Of a stretch of DNA of 64,000 nucleotides, positions 28,301 to 39,159 are shown in pieces. The notes below the pieces were generated by a model. It did not search any database. It was not told the DNA's origin and worked only from the letters and a program-made list of their open reading frames with translations. The DNA comes from Octopus vulgaris (taxonomy: Eukaryota). The position numbers and the translations under genes are program-made. The DNA is taken from contig OX597821.1 in NCBI GenBank assembly GCA_951406725.2, positions 86,490,001-86,554,000 on the forward strand, given 5' to 3'. Every line of letters begins with the position of its first letter. Position 1 is the stretch's first letter.

Positions 28301-28545
28301 AGTAGTTGTAGTACCATCCACTAGTTTTTTGGTCACCCAAAACTTAGAAAACCGAAAGGGAAAATATCATATTTTCATTTCAATTCGCAAAAATAAGTTT
28401 TTAAGATCTTCTCGAATTAAATTCTTTTTATTTAATCTAATTTCACTTCTTTTTTTTTTCTTTTTGTATTTTCTAGAATTCAGCTGCAAAAATCTTCGTA
28501 AAGACCGGAATGATTTTCATTTTGATTTCTTATTGGTTAATTTAA
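2859..28545 (+). CDS. MOXD1: DBH-like monooxygenase (MOXD1-like), 5'-incomplete spliced gene; 10 exons: 2859-2942, 6109-6291, 13812-13914, 14273-14439, 15409-15612, 17499-17558, 21359-21468, 25123-25234, 26877-26957, 28477-28545
   Basis: All exons have AG acceptors and all but the last have GT donors, with matching phases; they join to 1173 nt (390 aa + TAA). The translation carries Cu type II monooxygenase motifs in the canonical order: TTYWC, VHHM (CuH), WAVGG, LEMHYDN (CuH), DSSG, LLHAH (CuM), YNFDYQ, ECVY, EMC (CuM). Exact orthology (MOXD1 vs MOXD2/TBH/DBH) needs a phylogeny. Confidence 0.9.
3060..3790 (+). mobile_element. RTE-like LINE 3' remnant with C2H2-like tail (CIVCDRPCLPLAGFKSHLR)
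   Basis: ORFs 3331 and 3535 carry CxxC...H motifs; homologous to 31640-32440; (TA)n tail. Confidence 0.6.
3820..5075. repeat. direct repeat pair (~3820-4075 / ~4795-5075) with a degenerate hammerhead-like core on the - strand
   Basis: shared aattagctatttcttctact...ttaaatttgagagca; the reverse strand has CTGATGA...GAAA core boxes (GAAACGCGT in the first copy). Confidence 0.75.
4093..4500 (+). mobile_element. SINE family A
   Basis: full head-to-tail copy. Confidence 0.85.
5256..5480 (-). mobile_element. non-autonomous Helitron 3' end (partial)
   Basis: CTAG terminus with cccg...cggg hairpin, near-identical to the end at 48601. Confidence 0.6.
6109..6291 (+). CDS. MOXD1-like exon FSPDIQKGHKDFVHHMIVYGC...CTEVVFGWAVGGE
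   Basis: tttcAG / GTaagt, 183 nt phase 0/0, HH copper ligands and WAVGG motif. Confidence 0.93.
7252..8290 (-). mobile_element. CR1-clade LINE RT remnant with (ATT)n tail
   Basis: YADDIKLY, ERDLGIIVDSDL, VRSHLEFASPVWNPY, LETVQRHATKRI; frameshifted; (AAT)n at 7252-7327. Confidence 0.88.
8870..9790 (-). mobile_element. possible LTR retrotransposon (gypsy-like gag) remnant
   Basis: degenerate gag-like text EQIDNYVSEIRRARLAGF; TGG PBS-like site near 9380; weak. Confidence 0.35.
9910..11050 (+). mobile_element. Penelope-like element remnant (GIY-YIG endonuclease) with inverted terminal repeat
   Basis: IFPHPPIVAFRWNKNIRELL linker; ~10590-10710 reads SCRDSYLVFAAECTKHNLIYIGFTTE*LNKTFNGHRY; 9911-10005 is a diverged reverse complement of ~10960-11050. 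Confidence 0.75.
11050..13445 (-). mobile_element. Tx1/L1-clade LINE remnant (APE + RT fragments)
   Basis: RLVAVYAPTG (endonuclease), FKILVKVLAKRL, RSVHQGILLSSLLY; many stops and frameshifts. Confidence 0.85.
13812..13914 (+). CDS. MOXD1-like exon RFSLPEHIGISFGGKDDPEYYLLEMHYDNLYRKE(G)
   Basis: ttcttctAG / GTaggt, phase 0/1, ExHYDN motif. Confidence 0.92.
13975..14090. repeat. minisatellite (ctttgacata-based, 10-17 nt units) in a short MOXD1-like intron
   Basis: about 9 copies visible. Confidence 0.9.
14273..14439 (+). CDS. MOXD1-like exon (G)VLDSSGIDITLTKSKRQYDAG...IPP...GNCVACGSM
   Basis: tgtAG / GTaagt, phase 1/0, DSSG, YDAG and IPP motifs; lies inside ORF 14182..14511. Confidence 0.93.
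14643..14872 (-). mobile_element. SINE family B
   Basis: reverse of ggcggcgagctggcag...gagttcaaattccgccgaggtcgactttgcc; copies at 39160-39570, 58644-59059, 60494-60728. Confidence 0.8.
15409..15612 (+). CDS. MOXD1-like exon IKPE...LLHAHKAAKKIRLHHYRDG...DDNYNFDYQ...ITLLK
   Basis: aAG / GTaaga, phase 0/0, HxH CuM ligands and YNFDYQ motif. Confidence 0.93.
15691..16072 (-). mobile_element. tRNA-derived SINE family C
   Basis: tRNA-like head ggaggcgcaatggcccagtggttagg; near-identical to 22709 and 50498 copies. Confidence 0.85.
17499..17558 (+). CDS. MOXD1-like exon DDILQVECVYGTTDRTNFTE
   Basis: polypyrimidine tract + tttcAG / GTaagt, 60 nt, DxLxxECxY motif. Confidence 0.9.
17925..18231 (+). mobile_element. 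tRNA-derived SINE with 13-bp TSD
   Basis: TSD atatctctcagtg at 17912-17924 and 18232-18244; (AAAC)n tail. Confidence 0.85.
19320..21260 (+). mobile_element. Tx1/L1-clade LINE ORF2 remnant
   Basis: GPGYWKLNAS, KSPDLDGLPYEF, DQSKAF, SVHQGYPLLPLLY, SAYPDEV, GGLGMP; disrupted. Confidence 0.88.
21359..21468 (+). CDS. MOXD1-like exon GGFSTKHEMCQAYIMHYPEIKLKRCTSGLNFDHKLI(G)
   Basis: tttacAG / GTatgt, phase 0/2, GGxxTxxEMC and YP motifs (Met CuM ligand). Confidence 0.93.
21713..22239. mobile_element. MITE (Tc1/mariner-pogo type) with TA TSD
   Basis: TIRs ccgtaaatcctcgagt...actcgaggatttacgg flanked by TA on both sides; subterminal tgcgta[ct]tata[ct]ac repeats. Confidence 0.88.
22709..23094 (-). mobile_element. 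SINE family C with 10-bp TSD
   Basis: TSD ggtgtggaca at 22694-22703 and 23095-23104. Confidence 0.88.
23105..24175 (+). mobile_element. Tx1-like LINE 3' remnant
   Basis: WQCYRGALPVRDKL-like text near 23440-23485, AATAAA at ~24162; degraded. Confidence 0.6.
24230..25020 (-). mobile_element. RLE-type (R4/Dong/NeSL-like) non-LTR remnant
   Basis: IHWELC, LWDSMIQ, EEKINNYGDLKREIRRLW, VIPIVIGAL motifs. Confidence 0.8.
25123..25234 (+). CDS. MOXD1-like C-terminal exon (G)TNLQYKNNQSAVKKMELIVNGLEPEVGFIQTCVNKTS
   Basis: tgtttcAG / GTaagt, phase 2/0 matches neighbours, open frame; no family motif. Confidence 0.7.
26877..26957 (+). CDS. MOXD1-like exon RIEYMNQTFPVIKSDDPTTQQPPTTEK (Pro/Thr stalk)
   Basis: tttgtAG / AAG|GTaagt strong donor, phase 0/0, open frame. 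Confidence 0.68.
28477..28545 (+). CDS. MOXD1-like terminal coding exon NSAAKIFVKTGMIFILISYWLI-stop
   Basis: long polypyrimidine tract + ctAG, phase 0, hydrophobic tail, TAA at 28543-28545, AATAAA ~30 nt downstream. Confidence 0.72.
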   Translation, partial: NSAAKIFVKTGMIFILISYWLI

Positions 28546-28575
28546 CACTTTTACAAATACTGATCAGATCATATT

Positions 28576-28581
28576 AATAAA
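28576..28581 (+). promoter_or_regulatory. candidate polyadenylation signal AATAAA of the MOXD1-like gene
   Basis: first AATAAA after the predicted stop; AT-rich context makes chance occurrence likely. Confidence 0.35.
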
Positions 28582-29923
28582 ATATCAATTCCTATATAAG
28601 TATTAAAAATAATCTTTGATGTATAGCTGAGTAAAATCTTTCATGAATATTCTAAATTTATACGTATACATACGTATCTGATTGTATGAGCGCGTGTGTG
28701 AAAAAATTTAAACTTAATTGCATATACCAATAAAGACAAATTCTGATTATTGCATACGATTTTAGTTTCCAATATTGAATAAGGTAATCGGCGAAATGTG
28801 GCATAAAATGAACCTGTATCTGGTGTGATATGAATTAAGGGATTCTTATAAGCTTCATTTTTCCCAATGAGTTAAAGCTTTATTTTCCATAATGAATTAA
28901 AATTCAGTGTTACTTGCTTACAAAGGATTCATATCCAGAATGTGATATTTGTTCATGTTATTCTCCGATTCCAATAAAGTTCAAACATTGAAATACTTTT
29001 TGTATTATTTCTACGTAATAAAATTTTTCAATAAATAAACCTAAAAATAGTTTTAGAAGCCATTTTGTTCTACTTATTTTGCTTTTCTTGTTCTGTTTAT
29101 CATCGACTAGAATAGAATGTGATCGACTAGATTGACTGAGACCCGACACATCACTCTGGATGGTTCTTCCAGTAATTAAGTAGTTCAAACTCTACAAAAC
29201 TCAGTACCCAGGTCTATGAAACTGGCAAGCATGATATATTGTAAACTATCAAAGGGATAGCAAAAAAGTTTAAATTTCAAATGTTCCTATTTTTCAAAAA
29301 ACTTATGCAAACTGAAAAATTTAGCAAATTTCAGCTTCTAATAATAGCATAAATAATTCTTTTTAATTCTGGGACCAGTTCAGCAATTTTGAAAAAAGGA
29401 AAAGTCGAGTACATCTACCTTGTGCCCAACTAGTAATCATTTTATCGATCCCGAAGGTTGAAAAGCACGGTTGGCGTAGCTGGCTGTAAAAAACCGGAAG
29501 AAATACCACCAATAACGATTGTACTAGGTAGCTGCAGCTGCCTAAGAACAAAATTACAAATTATAAATTTCAATAAATTTTAATTCATGATAAGGATTGT
29601 TATTACGAACTTTCTTTAAATCTGACAACTGTAGTGGAAAATAAAATATTTGCCTTATAAACAGCAGAATTTTGCTGACTGTAGATATTTGTAAAATAGT
29701 GAACCCACCTCAAAGCAAATTGTTTCAAGTGGTATTGCACTGAATAAATCAAAATATGTTCACACTGAAGGCGTTAGTAAATCTCTTGCTATTTTTATTA
29801 TATTTCCCTGCTTCCTTCAGTCGTCTCCACAAAATACGTAAATATTTGATTTATTTCTACTGTGGAAGTTTTTTTCTATTACGAAGACAATGAAAATACG
29901 TGAAGTATCTTATATATTCTTAA

Positions 29924-30309
29924 CTAGCAGTATCGTCCGGCGTTGCTTGGGTTTGTTTCGACCCTTTAGAATTGGAATTTTTGAAAAGTAAAACTTTTGC
30001 ATTATGTAGCTTGTTATTCTCTTTGGGTAAACATTTTTCTGGTTGAAATACACGGAAAAATGGCGACATAGCAGTAAAAAAATCGTAAAAAATAGGGATT
30101 TTCATAGAAAAAAGCACCTTTTTGATGTAAATAATTTTTGGTGTTAACATGGTCCGATTTGAAATTCTTCTACGGAAGGAAGAGCAAGCCTTCTTCTATC
30201 ATACTCTCAATTTTGGTCAACTTGCGCCGCAGGGTCTCGGAGGAGATAGTGTAAGTTGAAGGCTACCAAACCTACCATACACAGACAATTTCAGCTTTAT
30301 ATATATAGA
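29924..30309 (-). mobile_element. non-autonomous Helitron
   Basis: on the - strand: A|TC 5' end, 3' hairpin and CTAG|T; no TSD. Confidence 0.75.
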
Positions 30310-30744
30310 TTTTATTCTCAGCCATTTCCCTTGTTAAACACAAGCAGAAGGAAAAGACAAAGTTGTGTAACCTATTTACACATAAATATTAATGGGACGA
30401 CTGAAACATAGACTAGCAATTCCACGTAGACATGAATAGCACATAGTTTCACGTTTTCTGTGCGGTAGTCTTTAGAATAACAACAAAACAGATCATTCTA
30501 AACATGACTCGCTTTTTTTCATAGTTTTGTATTGAATACTAATACTAATTAAGCCTAACATATGTTCTACATATTAAATGATTCACCGAAGATGCGGTAC
30601 ATGATGCTCAAATGCGTTTATTTCTGTCACTCCAGCGCTCACTGCCATTTATAAGGAGTACACAAAAAGACATTTTTATAAACTGCTTTTCCATTCTTAA
30701 ATAATATATTTGCAATATCACACAATGCTACACCTAAACTACTC

Positions 30745-31355
30745 CATACATACATACATACATACATACATACATACATACATACATACATACATACATA
30801 CATACATACATACATACATACAAAAATACCCTGTTGTTGATGTTAAAATTCCAATGAAGAATCCTTGGATCGAGGTTAGAAACCGGTTCTTTCTCTATTG
30901 GCAAGAAATCTTGAAATAAACTGAATAATGACATACATATATACATGCATACATACATACATAAATTCATACATACATACGCACACACACATACATACAT
31001 ACATACATACATACATACATACATACATACATACATACATACATACATACATACATACGTACATACATACATACATACATAATTACAATAATACCTTGTT
31101 GTTGATGTTGAAATTCCAATGAAGAAATCTTGGATTTAGGTTAGAAACCGGTTCTTTCTCTATTGGCAAGAAATCTTGAAATAAATTGAATAATGACATA
31201 CATACATACATACATACATACATACATAACAAACATACCTACAAACATACATACATACATACATACATACATACATACATACATACATGCATGCATACAT
31301 ACATACATACATACATACATACATACATACATACATACATACATACATACATACA

Positions 31356-31387
<32 letters not shown>

Positions 31388-31390
31388 ACA
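30745..31390. repeat. (CATA)n tracts with a duplicated ~110-bp spacer
   Basis: tgttgttgatgtt[ag]aaattccaatgaag...ttgaaataaa repeated at ~30830 and ~31095. Confidence 0.85.
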
Positions 31391-31639
31391 AAACAGGAAC
31401 GTGGGAAATTTTTTGTATCATTTATTCTCTATTACACGTATTTCATTTACTTCTAAGGAATTTCCTATTAATAATTTGTCAGACAGAAAAAGTTTTTTAT
31501 AATACAAAAATACATTTGGATGAAGTGCTTATATCTGGATACGCATCAGGAGCATCACAGATATCCCTAGTGAAGGAAAGAGAAACACAGATATACACAC
31601 ATACGTGTGCAGGCATACACGCACATATATCCTAAGAAC

Positions 31640-32440
31640 ATCGATAACGATTCTACCAAAAATGCTTTCACCGCATTTTAAACATTAAATGGAGCTTTTT
31701 TTACTGCAGAAAAGATGTCTTTGCGTCTGCAGGTATCGCTTCAATTAAATCGATGGTTCTGGAAAACCAAATGAGATAATCTGGTCATATTGTTGGATTG
31801 GTGGATGAACGCAAACCCGAAAAACTGTTTTATGGCGAGCTTGCAGAGGGGAATCGCAATCGGTGTAAACCTAAAAAGAGGTTTAAGGACGGCGTAAGGA
31901 CTGCCATGAAGTCACTTGGAATGGATCCAAAGGCCATTAAAACCTTTGCTTCGGACCGAGCTGGATGGTGGACAAAAGTGTGGAGTGAGTGAAAGCGTTT
32001 GATGAAGCCAGGATGACATATGCAAAGACTCAAGAGAGATTTAAAGAAGAATATTGTGATCGAGAAGGTGAATCTCAATGACAATGTTGTGCACACAGTT
32101 TGTGAAAGACCAAGCTTTCTTTTGCTGGGTTCAAATTCCATTTGCGGACCCCTGAAAAACGAACTTCCACCAATTACTCTGGCTATATATCTGTGTTCAC
32201 CCTACAGTGTCGTGTATGCTATAAGGTCTGCAAGTCTAACGGAGGTTTCAAAAAACATTTTAAGATCCACAAAGATCAGAACATAACTCCAGCTCTCGGT
32301 GGTTGTTCAAATCAGATATACAATCTAAATGGGTGTCTTTTCAATACATTGTGTGGTTTAAAAAGCTACATCAGATGCCATGATGGATTTAAGGTGTAAG
32401 TACAAGAGGTGGTCAGAGTCTGAAAAGGGAGTAGACAACC
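31640..32440 (+). mobile_element. RTE-clade LINE 3' remnant
   Basis: ERKPEKLFYGELAEGNRNRCKPKKRFKD, ASDRAGW motifs. Confidence 0.8.
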
Positions 32441-32774
32441 ACAACACACACACATATATATACATATATATGCATATGTGTGTATGTGTGTGTGTGTATA
32501 TATATAATATATAAAGGTTAGTTGAGTTAAAGCTTAAAATAACCGTCTAAGGGGTAAAAGTATCCAAAATACGACCGGTAGTTTACCTATATTTAAATAT
32601 AGGTAAAATGTTATGCTCATAAATTATAGGTAAAGACAAAGGTACACAAGTGTTTATCAGGAATCAAAATTTAAAGAAAACAGAAAAAGGATATAACATT
32701 GATGAACAGCAATTGATTTGCAGCAATTATTATCCATTATTGATAAATAATAATTGATGCAAATTTTCTGTTTT

Positions 32775-32841
<67 letters not shown>

Positions 32842-32948
32842 AGAAAGAAGCAACAAGAATGGATAGGTTTTTAGTACAATCGTTTCATACAGCATATAAA
32901 CGTGTCCCGTACTCATCAGCTAAAATACATATTCTATAGGCTATATAT

Positions 32949-33074
32949 AAGTAATGTAGATAATTAAGTAACATAAACAGATTTCCAAAGTTCATTAAAG
33001 TTCTTTAAAGTTCTTTAAAGAACTTTAATGAACTTTGGAAATCTGTTTATGTTACTTAATTATCTACATTACTT
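32949..33074. repeat. near-perfect ~126-bp palindrome
   Basis: aagtaatgtagataattaagtaac... pairs with ...gttacttaattatctacattactt. Confidence 0.85.
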
Positions 33075-33121
33075 CATGAGTATAGCCTCAACCACTAGGA
33101 TGTCTAGAGAACTCACATGTA

Positions 33122-33211
33122 TTTTAGCTGATGAGTACGGGACACGTTTATATGCTGTAATTTTGCAACTTTTAATAAAGCCTGTCCTTGTATGAAACGA
33201 TTGTACTAAAA
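33122..33211 (+). ncRNA. minimal type I hammerhead ribozyme-like motif (inverted shorter copy at ~32869-32925)
   Basis: stem I ttttag/ctaaaa, CTGATGA, stem II gtacgggaca/tgtccttgtat, GAAAC-gatt-GTA. Confidence 0.6.
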
Positions 33212-33353
33212 ACCTATCCATTCTTGTTGCTTCTTTCTCGCTTATAATCACCCCACATTACTGTATTGTTAAAACAGTATAGTTTTTTTTGGTGCATCTA
33301 AGTTAGGTACCATATTCAAGTAAATTCATTTAAATTAACTTGAATCTTTATTG

Positions 33354-33390
<37 letters not shown>

Positions 33391-33391
<1 letters not shown>

Positions 33392-33772
33392 GCGCAGGAG
33401 TGGCTGTGTGATAGGTAGCTTTCTTCCCAACCACATGGTTCTGGCTTTAGTCCCACTGCGTGGCACCTTGGGTAAGTGTCTTCTACTATAGCCTCGGGTC
33501 GACCAAAGCCTTGTGAGTGGATTTAGTAGACGGAAACTGAAAGAAGCCCGTTGTATATATATATGTTTGTGTCTGTGTTTGGTTTGTCCCTCCCCAGCAT
33601 CGCTTGACAACCGATCTTGGTGTATTTGTATCCCCGTAACTTAGCGGTTTGGCAAAAGAACCGATAGAATAAGCACTAGGCTTACAATGAATAAGTCCTG
33701 GGGTCGATTTGCTCGACTAAAGGTGGTGCTCCAGCATGGCTGCAGTGAAATGACTGAAACAAATAAAAGAAT
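33391..33772 (+). mobile_element. SINE family A
   Basis: full copy after (TA)n. Confidence 0.85.
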
Positions 33773-34082
33773 ATATATATATATACATATACATATATAT
33801 ATATATATATGTATATGATTCACAATCAAAGGTGCAGAAATGACGTACTCTGAATGAATAAAAAGGTGAAGTACTCCAATGGTAGAGAGAAATCCATGAA
33901 TCAGGTATTCCAAAACAGTCGGAAGGACGGGGCGGGGTCCTTTCATCACCAACACCACTCCCCACACTGGATCCAACCACCATACCCGCTACATTACGAA
34001 CTCCTTATCCTACAAATTCCTCAAACTGTGCATGAAAGCTTTACTCAACTTTGAAGTTTTTGAGACAGACACACACGCACAC

Positions 34083-34119
<37 letters not shown>

Positions 34120-34194
34120 CACACACACACATACACACACACACTTGCACTTATATATTAATGATGTACACAAATACATGACAGGTAGTCATAA

Positions 34195-35345
34195 TACTGA
34201 AATACGCATAAAGTAAACAGATGCCGACAAATATTATTTATAATACAATTTAAAAAAAAATAAAAACAGACAATCAATGAAGAGGCAAAAGAAACAGTAA
34301 AATGATACATGTTGATTTTATTATTTCTGCTTATTTAGAAACCTGCAATGAACAGGCCATTTCACAGATGCTAAACTATAAATTTCACAGGGTACAACCT
34401 TAAGGCTGACACCGCTCCGATAAACGCAGAAAATTTCTGTCTCGCTATTGGCTAAATTTTTAAACCTCTGTAACTTTTTTCTCCAATTTTTTTCTCCACA
34501 ACATCATACCTTCATAGCAATAAGTCTGGAAAACTACATTATAATAGCCAATTTTCAGATTTTTTACTTTCTTTTAAAAAATGCATATTTTGTGACAGTT
34601 TGGCTAGATCTGATCAAGGTAATAAATGGTGTTCTAAGCATCAAACTCCTTATTTCTCTGATTTATTGTAATAAAAGAGAAGATAATGTCAAATTGTGAT
34701 AGTATTCATACTTTGTTAAAATATTTGTGTTAGCGACAGAGGCAGTACTAATATCAAGAGGTAATATTTAATTCTACTTAAATGTGGATGTTCTGTGAAA
34801 GCAAACTATACTGCGAAGAAACTTTCGTATTGGCTTTTGGTGCAAAATACAAAATTCGCTCTTGCTTATATAAACAAGAGTGCATTCTGCACCAAAAGCC
34901 AATCTGAAAAGAACATCTGAAAAATGAATAATACTGAAATACGCATAAAGTATACACGTGTCGACAAATATATTACTAATACAATTTTTTTTTAAATAAT
35001 AAAAACAGACAATCAACGAAGAGAAAAAAGAAACAGTAAGATGATACATATTGATTTTCTTAGGTATTTCTGTTATTTAGAAACCTACAATGAAGAGGTC
35101 ATTTCACAGACGCTAAACTATAAATTTCACAGGGTATAACTTTAAAGTTGACACCGCTCCGCTAAACGCAGAAAATTTCTATCTCACTGTTGGCTATAAA
35201 TACACAGTTTTTTCGATTTTTAAACCTTTGAAATTTTTCCTCCAATTGTCCTCCACAACATCATACCTTCATAGCCATTAGACTGGAAAACTTTATTATT
35301 GTAGCCGATTTCCAGATTCTTTTACTGTCTTTTAAAAAATGCATG
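34195..35345. repeat. diverged direct duplication (~400 bp, ~735 bp apart)
   Basis: actgaaatacgcataaagta...aaaaaatgcat at ~34195-34590 and ~34933-35345. Confidence 0.85.
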
Positions 35346-35418
35346 TTTGCGAATGAAAAAAACTAGACCCTCCCATACGCACACACATACACACATACCC
35401 ACACGCATACACGTGCAT

Positions 35419-35478
<60 letters not shown>

Positions 35479-36086
35479 GAAGGGAGAGACACACATACAC
35501 ACGCATCCATACGCATATGCACACACACACACACATTCCCACTCCGTTTACGTACACATGCCAGCACACACACACAGCTAAAGCCACACATTCACACACC
35601 TTTTAAGATTGTCACTGACTCACTATTAACTACACCGTCTACACACACATGTAAATACACACACACACACACACACACACATATTTACTACCACACGCAG
35701 ACACGCTACCGCACACACAAACAAGTAGTTATTGACACATACGCGCGAACGCATTTGCTGCCACACACCCACTATTACACAGAGATACACACACATACGC
35801 GCAGCTACTGCCACACTCACACACACACACATATTGGCCATCTTCACACTCTCCTGTCACAGAAATCACTTTCTCTTTCTCCTTCCACTTCCAGTCACTT
35901 CAGAAATGTAATGTCACGTGGATTGTTGGCGACTTCTTATTTTCCCTTCTTTCTCTTTCCGACTAAGAGCTATGCTCGAAACGTTAACAACTCTCTTCTT
36001 TCAACGAGTGTCAAATTAATATATTTCTTGTGCACGTCCTCGCGTTTTTTTCTCTGTTTTTTATTTGTTTGTTCTTTGAATTGACT

Positions 36087-36126
<40 letters not shown>

Positions 36127-36129
<3 letters not shown>

Positions 36130-37170
36130 GAAAATAGTAATGCAATACGAAAGTATTGCTTTCCAGTAAAGGATAGCCCGTAAGTGTAAAATTATATATA
36201 TAAAGTAAATAAATGGTACGACGAAGCACCGATATTTACTGGAAAATAGCGATTGTAATAAATACGACGCTAATGTATAGCTTCACTGCATATGTACTAG
36301 TAAAGATGCGTGTGTGCAACACACATGAAAAAAATTGTCTTACCTCTAGGAAGAACATCTGAAAAATGAAAAACCTAGAAACGGATAATGCAGTACCGGT
36401 TTCAGACTCTTCAAATACGTTTGCCAACGTAGATTTGATTTGTCATCATCAGCCGCATATACCTCGACAACATTTCAAATGTTGCCACATCTATGCTAGT
36501 ACACTCATCTGAACGCCAAAACGTTAACAGATGATGACAAATCAAATCTACGTTGGCAAACGTATTTGAAGAGTCTGAAACCGGTACCGCATTATCGGTT
36601 TCTAGGTTTTTCATTTTTCAGATGTTCTTTCTAGAGGTAAGACAATTTTTTTCATGTTTGTTACACACACTCTATTTGATTTGTCATCATCAGCCGCATA
36701 TACCTCGACAACATTTCAAATGTTGCCACATCTATTTACTTTATATGTATAATTTTACCCTTACGGGCTATCCTTTACTGGAAAGCAATACTCTCGTATT
36801 GCATTACTATTTTCATTGAAACTTCTTCACTGTTCTCCTTCTGTTTAACGTTTTGGCGTTCAGACGAGTGTACTGGCATAGATGTGGCAACATTTGAAAT
36901 GTTGTCGAGGTATATGCGGCTGATGATGACAAATCAAATCTATGTTGGCAAACGTATTTGAAGAGTCTGAAACCGGTACTGCATTATCCGTTTCTAGGGT
37001 TTTCATTTTTCAGATGTTCTTCCTAGAGGTAAGACAATTTTTTCATGTTTGTTGCACACACGCATCTTTACTAGTACATACGCAGTGAAGCTATACATTA
37101 GCGTTGTATTTATTACGATCGCTATTTTCCAGTAAATATCGGTGCTTCGTTGTACCATTTATTTACTTTA
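36127..37170. repeat. scrambled inverted/direct repeat cluster between (TA)n tracts
   Basis: ~36200-36530 recurs reverse-complemented at ~36845-37170 and partly at ~36530-36670; ~36127-36210 recurs inverted at ~36733-36817. Confidence 0.85.
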
Positions 37171-37174
37171 TATA

Positions 37175-37220
<46 letters not shown>

Positions 37221-37515
37221 TATATATACATAAATATATATATAAATATATATATTAATATATATAAATATGTATATTAATATATATTAATATATATATA
37301 TACATACATACATACGACCGCGTGTGTACCGTTGGCGATTTTTTTCCTGTCTTCCCTTTTCTGGATCTTTCCTTCTCCTATGTTTCCGACGAAGAGCTCC
37401 GCTCGAAACGTTAAACCCTCTTTCTTCTTTTCCTTCCCGAACGTCCAATAATACTATATTTGTTCCACGTCCCCGCGTTGTTGTGTTTTCTCTTTGTGTT
37501 CTTATGTTTGGATTA

Positions 37516-37854
<339 letters not shown>

Positions 37855-38547
37855 ATTGTGCCATAGAAGCGGCCCCAGGTAAAACTCTTTATTCACATGA
37901 CACAGATTCCAACGCATGTGTATCGTAGAAAAGTCAGAGGCTGCTGTGGTTATCTCGGGGAATATCCCTTTATAGATGTAGCAAGACGAAACGAATCGTC
38001 CCGGAAGCTACCGCGTGAGTTACACATGCGTACATTTCGGCTTTTGCGGCTTATCAATACCATACAACTGAGTCGCGCGCGCACATGCGTGTGTGTACGC
38101 CTGTGTAGTTCTTCCCTACCATTTCCTCCTACCTACCTTCAGCGTTTTCCGAATTCATTGGTATTTGATTCTCTTCTATCTGTGGCCGTTGCTAGTCTGC
38201 AGTAACACTTGTTATCTTCTCCTTGTCATCTCCCATCTCTTTCTTACTTTTTCTCATGCATTTATCCTTCAAAACCAATAGTTATTTCTCCTCTCTCATA
38301 CAAAAGATTCTGCTCGAAACATTAAATTATTTTTCCTGACTGCATGAAAATTATTTCGTAATTTTAGTTATGGTCAACACTGAAACGCTACTTTCCTAAG
38401 GTTGCATTGCTTGACTATAAATATACAGTGTTATTACTGTTTCTTTTGTTTCTTTTCTTTCATTCGGTCTAGCTCGATTGGGCGGTTTTCTGATGCATAA
38501 GTAAATATCTGAATATCACTGATGCGATCAGAAATTCACCATATATA

Positions 38548-38770
38548 CTCTTTAACTTTTTTTTACTATTTTACTTGTTTCAGTCATTTGACTGCGGCCA
38601 TGCTGGAGCACCGCCTTTAGTCGAGCAAATCGACCCGGGGCTTATTCTTTGTAAGCCCAGTACTTATTCTGTCGGTCTCTTTTTGCCGAACCGCTAAGTG
38701 ACGGGGACGTAAACACACCAGCATCGGTTGTCAAGCAATGCTAGGGGGACAAACACAGACACACAAACAC

Positions 38771-38807
<37 letters not shown>

Positions 38808-38965
38808 CATATATACGACAGGCTTCTTTCAGTTTCCGTCTACCAAATCCACTCACAAGGGTTGGTCGGCCTGGGGCTATAGCAGAAGACACTTGCCCAA
38901 GGTGCCACGCAGTGGGACTGAACCCAGAACCATGTGGTTGGTTAGCAAGCTACTTACCACACAGC
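38548..38965 (-). mobile_element. SINE family A
   Basis: homology to other copies. Confidence 0.85.
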
Positions 38966-39159
38966 AACACTACGAAATGTTACTTTGCCTAAGATAAAAT
39001 TCGTCTACTTCACTTTTCCTTCGATCAGTGTTTACTATCACTGTTTTAGTCTACACAGCTCTATCTAGGTACAATGAGCTAATCACCAAGAAACAAAAAG
39101 AAATATTGCGCAAGAGACCAGAACTGTGTTATCTTGCTGTCCTCAATTTATATCTCTTT

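Noticed and set aside
28329-28577. ORF-track frame (…CKNLRKDRNDFHFDF…) as the terminal MOXD1-like exon
   Set aside because: The phase-0 donor at 26957 with the first AG after the polypyrimidine tract gives the NSAAK...WLI frame instead.
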